Source: Octopus vulgaris
Lineage: Eukaryota
Assembly: GCA_951406725.2 (NCBI GenBank)
Contig: OX597822.1
Coordinates: 32,860,001-32,924,000, forward strand
Length of the DNA: 64,000 bases
Direction: 5' to 3'
How positions within the stretch are numbered: position 1 is the stretch's first letter; the number at the start of each line of letters is the position of its first letter. Shown here piece by piece: positions 55,368 through 64,000 of the stretch. Made by a program: the position numbers and the translations under genes. The notes below the pieces were generated by a model, which worked only from the letters and a program-made list of their open reading frames with translations, had not been told where the DNA came from and did no database searches.

Positions 55368-55649
55368 TATAGATAGATAGATAGATAGATAAGTTTCTTT
55401 ATTGGCCACACAGGGCTGCACACAGATGGGACAAGTTACAAGGTAGAGCTTTTCTTTTGGGGGATGAAAAAAACAAAAAACAAAAGAAAAAAGGGGGTGG
55501 CGTAGGTTTTCGATCAAGAGGGATCGTAAAAGGGAAGAAAAGAACAAAAAAAAAATTTAAAAAAGAGAATAAAAAGAAAAAAAAGAAAAGGAAAAGGAAC
55601 AAAAGAAAAGAGAAATGAAAAAAGAAGAGATAGATAGATAGATAGATAT

Positions 55650-55728
<79 letters not shown>

Positions 55729-55891
55729 CTGACATTGATACACACACATATAAAACGTCACATGCACCTACGTACCTACGCTTATACATACGTGTTGAAA
55801 TTTCTATGAAGGAGCCTTGGATCTAGGATAAAGACCGGTTCTTTTTCTATTGGGAAGAAGTCTTGAAATAAAATGAATAATGACATATATA

Positions 55892-56023
55892 CAGCCTTGA
55901 CCAAAAGTATTAGGCCACTCCAATGTTTTGGAGTTTTGCTATCTCAGTGTTAATGAAACTCGTGCACATTAGATAGCAGAACTCTAAAACATTTGGGTGG
56001 CCTAATACTTTTGGTCAAGGCTG
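55892..56023. mobile_element. Tc1/mariner-type MITE (132 bp)
   Basis: TA|CAGCCTTGACCAAAAGTATTAGGCCAC...GTGGCCTAATACTTTTGGTCAAGGCTG|TA; ~55-bp inverted arms. Confidence 0.9.
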
Positions 56024-56099
56024 TACATACACACATACATACATACATACATACATACACATACGTAATTTACATGGAACGAAATATCACGAACAGGCG

Positions 56100-56400
56100 T
56101 ATCACGTCTAGACTTACCATCTGGTTGGATCCAATGGGGGTATTCTTGACCAATTCTACCCGCTACACAGAATTGATCAAATATACTGTCATTAGATCCA
56201 ACCAGATGGTAAGTCTAGATGTGATAAACCTAGATGTAATAAGTCTAGATGTGATAGACAGAGAGTACCAATGGAAAATACGTAAACTAAAAGAGGTAGC
56301 ACATATGCTAGGACACAATAATCTCTTATGCAAACCAGTGCTGATATGAGTAGAATATAGGATCCGATATTAAGGAAGAATACAAAAATATTAGGTTTAT
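56100..56400 (+). mobile_element. PLE endonuclease C-terminal fragment with 5' inverted duplication
   Basis: VIDREYQWKIRKLKEVAHMLGHNNLL resembles the PLE E..W..RK.KEA.HI motif. Inverted repeat 56100-56226. A 15-bp unit (AAGTCTAGATGTGAT) is imperfectly triplicated at 56211-56255. Confidence 0.6.
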
Positions 56401-56496
56401 AAGCCCGATAATACACTCAATAATTGCTCACAGGCCTTGTGGTTAAGTGCGTAGTTTGCTAACCTCAAAATCCCGAGTTCAATTTCAGGCACTGCC

Positions 56497-57988
56497 AAGC
56501 CCAAGTCAGTTCCCTCGTTAATACGGTGTATACTTTCAGTGCTGATATCCGAGTGGAGTTCGTACTGAGAATGTATGGTATGTTAGTCTTGAAGAGAGGC
56601 AAAATCAAATGTATAGACGGGCTAACGATACCGTCGAGGGGGTTATGAAGCAGATGGAAGAGACGAGATGTAAGTACTTGAGCATTTTGGAAATGGAAAA
56701 GTTGATGGAGAAAGAAATGACAGAAAAATTTAAGGTGGAGTACTTGCGCAGACTGAGACTGATACTTAAGTCGAAATTAAACGGACGGAATAAGATTAAA
56801 ACTATCAACACCAAGGCGGTTTCACTCCTTAGATATGGAGCAGGGGTAATTGCATGGACAGTAGACGAACTTAGACAGAAAGACAAAGAAGTTGCTAACT
56901 AGATATGGGTCACTCTTTCCAAAAAGTGACACAGACAGACTATATGTACAGAGAAAAAGGTGGGGGAAGAGGACTTGGATTAGAACACAGCATTTAAGCA
57001 GAAGAAAACAACAGCATCGTCTGTAAAAATGCCAACGAACCGCTATTATTAGAAGGTCGGGCCTGTGTAGGATGAAAGATTGCAAAGATAGAGCACTGTA
57101 CAAGCAATTGAAAACGATTGAAACTGAAAATAGGTTATTAAAGAAAAGAATGAATGGAAAGTTTCATAGGAATGTTGAAGATAAGACAGACAGAGAAAAA
57201 ATATGACTGCAGGTGACTAAAGGTGATTTAAAACCGGAAATGGAGGCTCCAATCTATGCTGCCCAAGAGCAAGCATTAAGAAAAAAAAACTACATGAAAT
57301 ACAGAGTAGACAACACATAAGAAAGTGGTAAGTTTAGAAACTGTGGACAAAATGTTGAAACCGTATCGTGTATTACCAGCCAATCTACGCCACTAGCCCA
57401 GAAAAAATATAAGAGATACCACAACAATATAGCAATATATATGTCCAATGGACACTGTGCAACAAGTATGCACTTGACAGAGCAAAAACATTTGTACCAC
57501 CACAAACCTGAAAGCATCATCGAAAATGATAATGCAAAGTTCCGACGGGATTTTATGATTCGGTGCGATCATGAGATAGAGAATAGGAAGCCGGACATAT
57601 AAATTTCATTAGTTGTGAAAGAAAGCCAACTATGCTGGATCATAGATATAGCATACCCAGCTGAAAACAAGGTATGCGATAAGGAAGAAAGAAAAGTCGA
57701 GAGATATAGCAGGGTAGCTTGGGAGGTAAAGCAGTTGTGGTCGATGAAAAAGGTGGTAGTGGTACCAATAATTGTCGGAGGTCTGGGAACAGTGAGTAAA
57801 AATGTCGAGGAGTACATAGAACAAATAGGGTCTGCAATAAGAGTGGAGCACTTGCAGAAAACAGCACTGCTTGTATCCGCTCGAATATTCCGGATAGTGA
57901 TCGAAAAATAAGAGGTGTTACTTTAGTTCACTGGTAGTGAAGAGCTGACACCTTAGTACATCCCCATCGTTAGAAGCTGTGAAAAGGA

Positions 57989-58058
<70 letters not shown>
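56497..58058 (+). mobile_element. R4/Dong-clade non-LTR retrotransposon, 5'-truncated, ending in (TAA)n
   Basis: KYLSILE...EYLRRLRLILKSKLNGRNKIKTINT, PKSDTDRLYVQRKR, KGDLKPE..AAQEQAL, RLE region RKPDI...IIDIAYP...KEERKVERY...VVPIIVGGLG. (TAA)n tail at 57990-58058, the known Dong-type target. Multiple stops and frameshifts. Confidence 0.88.
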
Positions 58059-58310
58059 GCATCCCCAAAACCCCTTAAAAATGAGAACCCAGGGTTGGGT
58101 CCAAAATGCAACCAGGACACCTGATGAAGGGTGGAGAGTAAATGAACCGAAACGTTTTGGTAAAAAGAAACAAGATGAGGACACATATCCGTCCAATGTA
58201 AATAACGTACAGAATTCCTCATCTCGGAAACACAGAACAGTATCTGCTTTCTTTATCTTTCTCTTTCTTGACCACTCACTCATTTTTTGTTTCCCTTCTC
58301 GAATAAAAAT
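58059..58310 (+). mobile_element. PLE-terminus-like fragment with degenerate hammerhead core
   Basis: CTGATGA (58121-58127)-AGG...CC-GAAA (58149-58152)-CGTT; stems I and III are poorly supported. Confidence 0.4.
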
Positions 58311-58528
58311 AGAATAGAAACAAATAACATGATTGCTCTGACTATGACTGAAAGCAAGCAGTACAAGATTTGCTTCCCTTTCCTTTTCTTTCTGTTGACC
58401 ACTTTATACTAACAAATGAAGGAATGCGAAATAAAAGCAAATATGACTAACATGAATCTAGTGAAAATTATAAATAATCAATTGTATATTACACAAAAAG
58501 TATTTATCGTGATAAAATGGTATGGGTG

Positions 58529-58750
58529 AGGGCGCATGGCTTTGTGGTTAGGGTGTCATTATCATGATCGTATGGTTATGGTTTCGATTCTTGAGCAAAA
58601 CACTTCATTTCACGTGGATCCAGTCCACTCAGCTGGCAAAAACGAGTAACGCTGCGATGGACAAGCGTCTCGTCCAGCTGAGGAACACATGCGTCATTAA
58701 AACCGGGAGACCGGGTTCATGAGCCTGTCTAGGTATTAAAAGACCGCATT
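58529..58750 (+). mobile_element. tRNA-type SINE (family D)
   Basis: GAGGGCGCATGGCTTTGTGGTTAG...GGTTTCGATTC...CAGTCCACTCAGCTG...CTGCGATGGAC..GCGTCTCGTCCAG. Confidence 0.6.
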
Positions 58751-59499
58751 TATATATTTATTAAAATGGTAAGCCATGCACGCATGCGTTGCATAAAAAG
58801 ACCCTATACAAAAATAAGTGGTTAATTTTAGGGAAATGAATTAAGACTTATTTATAAAAGAGTTTATTCTTTAGAATCACAAAATGGAAGCATGTAAAAC
58901 TGTCAGATGTAAGATTACTGGAATTTCACAGACAGTTGTTTCAGCGTATTGTAAATTCAATGTGCTTTGCTAGGAAACTGTCAATTGTACACTTTCTATA
59001 CGAGTGAAAAGCATTTGCTTAACTCCAGCGATATTTCAACCGGAAAGTAAGTATTAGAAGCCATTGTTCTGAACTCCAAATTGCTTGTAACGCATCTGTT
59101 TCAAAAGATGGTTATGGCTGATTGTCTCTGCTTGAATATATAATTAGTAAATATATTATTTTTTCATGATTGATAGGCAAAACTTCACTAGGGATACTGG
59201 AAAGCAATAAAGAAAGGACACAATGGCTTCAATGTATTTAATCTGCACTTCCATAGCTTCAGCCGCTGAATTTGCTTAATATACATACATATCATTTTTT
59301 ATATTGCAACTGCGTCACATACTACAGCGAGATGTTTAGTCGATTGTAGAACCTCAAGCATCGACTGCAATTTAAGTCACATATTGCAATATATTACACA
59401 TATTTCAAAACTGCCATTAGAAATATTTTAATTCCGGCGGTACATAGACTTGATTAAATAATAGGAGATCAAGTGATTCAGCCATTCTCTTACATAAAT

Positions 59500-60540
59500 A
59501 ATTATTATGGCCATACAATGATGCAACATAAACTGGAGAAAAGACGTTAAATAATGATCTTTGGTGAAGCATGCTTCGTAATCTAACAAGGTGCAATATA
59601 AATTATTAGCTGAAAAGGCAAATTTATATATACAAATATAAATTGATAGCAACCCGTTCGGGTAATAATTCATACTGTGATATTTTTACTTCTAACAATT
59701 TTGTGAATAATACCATCGAATAAATAAGATTTATAGGAAGTTTTGTTAGAATAAAATAATAAAAGTAAATATTTATAACTACCGAAATTTATCTTGAATT
59801 ATATTCAAACGCCTTCCAATCAATGAATATCCAACTATTCGTACGTTATACAAGAATATAATTCGAAGTATATCAAGATTTTGCTCATCTTCATGAGACT
59901 TGAGATATATGACATCAATGCGTTTAGAAATATACAGAAATATTGGAAATATTATCTTAACAATAAATGCTGGCAATAGACATGCAGCTATTAATAAGGT
60001 TCTGATGAGTTAATATAGCGATATGGTTTCAGCTATTTGCTCCAGTAATTTTATATCCACCAATTCGAGGACCACAAAAAGCACCTAAAAGAATCAGTGA
60101 AAGTATTGCACATGCTATTAAGTAATCCCCGCCTGCGTGTGGCGGCTATGGTGTCTTAGTTGTTACTTAACATGAACGTCTGCGCACATCTACTCACATA
60201 TTTGCAAAACCAATATACTCTGTGCTTCCAATGTAAAACTGTCCTAAATATAGCACATTCCTGATGGGTTACGCCTACATATAAAACAAAAAGCACAGTC
60301 AAGTTGTATTAGATGACTTTCAATTATTCGTTATTGTATATGGCAACTGTCTAATCAGTATTTCAAATTAACTTACATGGTCGAATTTTGTAATAGTTTT
60401 CTATTTGTAAATTATACAGAGCAAAATTGGAAACAGAAAGAACGCTTTTATATTCACCACTTGCAATCTGCAAACAGTGGACTAATGTAGAGCATTGACC
60501 TGATATTTATGTATCTGTTATATTACAGTGATTTCTTGTG
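59500..60540 (-). pseudogene. Possible heavily decayed adhesion-GPCR 7TM remnant
   Basis: Frame-hopping peptides in order: HCNITDT*ISGQCSTLVH (GPS-like), FTNRKLLQNSTM*VNL, LFVLYVGVTHQECAIFRTVLHW...WFC...TF (TM2-TM3-like), YLIACAILSLILLGAFCGP..GGY (TM4-like), LIAACLLPAFIVKIIF (TM5-like). Confidence 0.35.
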
Positions 60541-61384
60541 CTACGAATAAAGCGACCGTATATGACCACCCGCTACAAAATTTCTCAGCATTGGACACCC
60601 GTACAACTCAAGGGAGAGGAATGACACTACATGAGAATGAGGTTACATTCTATGGGGTTGCGTCAAGGAGGGAAAGTATATACTCTTTTGAAATCACGAT
60701 TGAAAATTAAATTATCAAAACACTCTTTAAGATATTGTTGTACACCACAAACATTATTAGACAAAAGAACAACAGGAAGAACAACTTTAGAAACTGACCA
60801 TCTAAGATATACCACCCATGTTCATTCTTCTGTAAGCCCTTAAAAGATTCGATAACGAAAACGTTGACACATCCAATGTCTAAGTTTTCATATAATAGAC
60901 TAAGCTTTGAACTTTGACCATTACATTATTACAGCAAAACATTAAATATGATAAAACCAAAAATAAAACTACTGGCACATCTTCTGATTAAAACTTCCTA
61001 TACCTACCTACATTCTTTTTTGTAAATCACTAAGAAGTAATCCCATCATCTGAAGCAGACACCCCTAAGTATACACACCTGTTTACAGAGTTCTACATGC
61101 TTGAAAAAATTCTAAACATTAATATAAACCCAAATTTAATCAATAAAAATTTCTCATAAATGGACATATACGAAATTACGGCATTATAAAAATTGTATTT
61201 ATACTTATGTATAAAAATGGGAATAAAACTGTAATTTAATATAAAAAATTTTTAAAGCCATTTGCTCCACAAAAGTATACCGTACTCCTTCACATTAATG
61301 TAAACTTTGTTTTTATTATAACGGATACACACACATATGCTCGCGCACAGACACACAGATATATATATATATGTTTGTCTCTTC

Positions 61385-61680
61385 GTTGCTACGGTGGTGT
61401 CTGTGTTATACTAGTCTGAGACTTGGACACTGATCAAGCAACTCACATGGTGGATGGGTGCCGCATGAGAATGCTGGGGATGACTCTGAACATTAATCAG
61501 TATACATTGGGGATGAGGAACTCAGAGTTGCACGAGATACCCCAAATAGTTATCACGGAAATAGCACAGGGGAGACTGAGGTTAGCTGGACAATCTTACC
61601 ATCGTTCAGAGTTGATACTGCACCCAGTGTTCGTGTGAGAGACCCTACGCGGACACACTAGAATAGGGAGATCGAGAATG
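61385..61680 (+). mobile_element. LINE (RTE-like) ORF 3' fragment
   Basis: SVLY*SETWTL...VDGCRMRMLGMTLNI...IAQGRLRLAGQ...GHTRIGR. Confidence 0.65.
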
Positions 61681-61714
61681 AAATATGTCAATATATATAT
61701 ATATTTCCTTTCAA

Positions 61715-61916
61715 AATGTCACCGCGTGTGTACCGTTGGCGATTTTTTTCCTCTGTCTTCCCTTCTCTGGATCTTTCCTTCTCCAATGTTTCCGACGAAG
61801 AGCTCCGCTCGAAACTTTAAACCCCCTCTACTTTCCTTCTTTCCTGAGCGTCCAATAATACTATATTTGTTCTACGTCCTCGCGTTGTTGTGTTTTTTGT
61901 GCTTTCTTGTTTGGAT

Positions 61917-61925
<9 letters not shown>
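61715..61925 (+). mobile_element. PLE-terminus-like repeat with minimal hammerhead-like motif
   Basis: gttt-CCGACGA-a-GAGC-tcc-GCTC-GAAAC at 61788-61815. The 3' part matches the reverse complement of 46683-46802 and resembles 14081-14200. Confidence 0.55.
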
Positions 61926-61962
<37 letters not shown>

Positions 61963-61965
<3 letters not shown>

Positions 61966-62688
61966 ATTAAGACTATTCTGCAGAGACCTGAATAAGTGGA
62001 AATCCGAAGGAGCAATATCTGGTGAATATGGAGGGTGGGGTAACACATCCCAGCCGAGCTGCAGCAATTTTTGTCTGGTTTCCAAAGCATCAAGTGCCAA
62101 AAATGAACTTTCTTATCATCCACTAGCAGTATCGCCCGGCGTTGCTCAGGTTTGTAAGGGAAATAACTATAAAGCATTTTTAGAGAGTTATTGCCAAAAT
62201 ATAGCAAAAAAATGGAAAAAAAATTATGGTAAATTTTTTTTTTAGAGTTAAAAAAGGTCGAGTTGCGTCCCCTAGACGGTCTGTGGTTTGTGTTTCTGAT
62301 TCTCGACCCCATGTCGAATTTATCGATTTTTTTCAGAACTGGGGGAACTTTTCAAAATTTTCGCTGCGTTAGTTTTGAATTATGACATTGGGCTATGTGT
62401 GTGTCAAGTTTCATCAGAATCGGTTGAAAGCAGTGGTCAGGGTGAGGGTACAACCTAACTAAACACACACAGACAAACTGCCGTTTATATAGAGAGAGAT
62501 AGATTTTAAAGCGTTACAGAATTAACACAGGTTATAGGAACATAAACCTTCTTCAGCAAAAAGATAGCTTAAACTGTGCTCTAAATGGAGGTGTAGTTAA
62601 ATCCTATTTTATGGACTAAACCATGTTCTAAAATAAGTCGAAAGGTAAGCTACTATAAATCGGCATGAACCTTCCGGGCAACCCAATA
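61963..62688 (-). mobile_element. Internally deleted mariner (DD34D) remnant with nested Helitron
   Basis: Minus-strand 62087-61963 reads ALETRQKLLQLGWDVLPHPPYSPDIAPSDFHLFRSLQNSLNG. A mariner-like TIR (plus strand AAATCGGCATGAACCTTCCGGGCAACCCAATA) lies at ~62657-62688, in the orientation expected for the 5' TIR. Confidence 0.85.
62123..62503 (-). mobile_element. Non-autonomous Helitron
   Basis: On the minus strand it begins TC (TCTATCTCTCTCTATATAAAC...) and ends CCTGAGCAACGCCGGG-CGATACTG-CTAG (GC-rich hairpin + CTAG). Inserted between A and T with no TSD. Confidence 0.78.
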
Positions 62689-63177
62689 ATACTTTTGATA
62701 CTACTCTATGTGTGATAATTATTGTTACCTTTTGCTTGTTTCAATAATTATAAATTTCAGCTAAGCTGGAGCACCACTTTGAGGAATTTTAGTCAAATGA
62801 ATTGACCTCCAGTGCAACAGTAGAGGAGTAGGGGCCGAAACCGGACATGGTTCCTCCTGATGATGTCTTGAGCTAACTGGATCCTATAAAGGAGCTGTTG
62901 TGGTAGCAGACCACGAAACACGGTTGTAATTCCTCCTGCTACTTATTCTATTAGTCTCTTTTGCCATGTTACTGAGGCATAAACACATCAACACTAGTTG
63001 TCAAGCAGTGATGGGGGACAAATACAAACACAAAGACACACACACACATGTATATTAGACAGAATGGGATAAAAAAAGCCAAGGCTATGAGGAGTTTTCA
63101 GGACATTTATAATGAAATAGTCTTACAGCTGTTTCAGGGATATTATGGATGGGTCTTCTAGATACCAATATCTCTCA

Positions 63178-63216
<39 letters not shown>

Positions 63217-63429
63217 CAGGCTTCGGCCCACCCAAGGCTATAGTAAAAGACATTGGCCAAAATTCCACACAGTGGAACTGATCCTGAAACCATGTGGCTG
63301 GGAAGTAAACTTCTTACTGCACAGCCAAATCAGCAACTATTGTGGTATTTTAAATCCTTACCTAGAAGGTTTTACCTAGAAACTTTTTTCAATTGAGGAA
63401 TGAATTAAAATTCATTTAATCAAAACTAA

Positions 63430-63655
63430 AGCAATGTTTCTTCAGTCATGTGTAAGTGAAAGATACCTTGATGAATTCTTTGTCATGAAGCCACCTTAAT
63501 TCTGGGTAGAGGGTATTTTCAAGTTAAAGGAAAGCTGGAGACACATCGTGCAACAAAATGGTTCATTATTTGGTTGATTAAAATATAATGGCAAGTATTT
63601 ATTGACCTTTTTCTTTCCTTCAAAAATCGGCATGGACTTTCCGGACAACCCAATA
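63430..63655 (+). mobile_element. Mariner 3' end (transposase C-terminus + TIR)
   Basis: KPP*FWVEGIFKLKESWRHIVQQNG, followed by AAAAATCGGCATGGACTTTCCGGACAACCCAA|TA. Confidence 0.8.
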
Positions 63656-64000
63656 TTTCTCTAGTTACTATATTTTGCAAATGTTTCAATCTTTAAAATT
63701 GTGAAGATGATAGGGGATACATTTAGTGAGGCATCTTTTGTAGTGTTGCATTCAAAATCATAGTCGATCCTTTTTAAATATAATTTTCATCTAACTAGGG
63801 GTAAATGAAGTAGCGTGTCTATCTAAGGATATAATACAGTACTTGAGATACAGTATTAAGGATACAGCATATATGCCATATTATGAGATACTAGCCCAAC
63901 TTGTGCACCTAACAATGATGGACTCAGTTTGTTTTGAGTTTGTATTAACAAACTTATTGAGAAAGAGAAAAAGATTTGCTTAAAAGATCTATAAAGAACT

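Noticed and set aside
59995-60035. CTGATGAG motif as a hammerhead
   Set aside because: Followed by GATA rather than GAAA, with no convincing stems I or III.
62820-62940. CTGATGA and two GAAAC motifs as hammerhead(s)
   Set aside because: I could not assemble a consistent three-stem fold; at most a degenerate remnant.

Overview
AT-rich, microsatellite-saturated metazoan DNA. The SINE families and repeat landscape look like an octopus or other cephalopod genome, but that is inference. I see no intact host gene: almost all ORF-track entries are translations of (TA)n, (TAA)n, (CA)n or (GATA)n. The window is a stack of mobile-element remnants: Penelope-like elements (PLEs), R4/Dong- and RTE/CR1-like LINE fragments, three or four tRNA-type SINE families, a nearly full-length dead Tc1, mariner fragments, a small Helitron, Merlin-like GG..CC elements (8-bp TSD) and many foldbacks. 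Highlights: (1) at 18.5-19.55 kb, two non-coding inserts in the same AATGTGATATG target each carry a type I hammerhead ribozyme; one is fully canonical and lies in a 453-bp unit with about 110-bp terminal redundancy, like a retrozyme or circular-RNA copy; (2) an adjacent 5-unit tandem array of head-less SINEs; (3) a 668-bp zero-spacer palindrome nested in a Merlin-like element nested in a PLE; (4) tentative heavily decayed adhesion-GPCR remnants on the minus strand. All alignments, translations and folds were done by eye.
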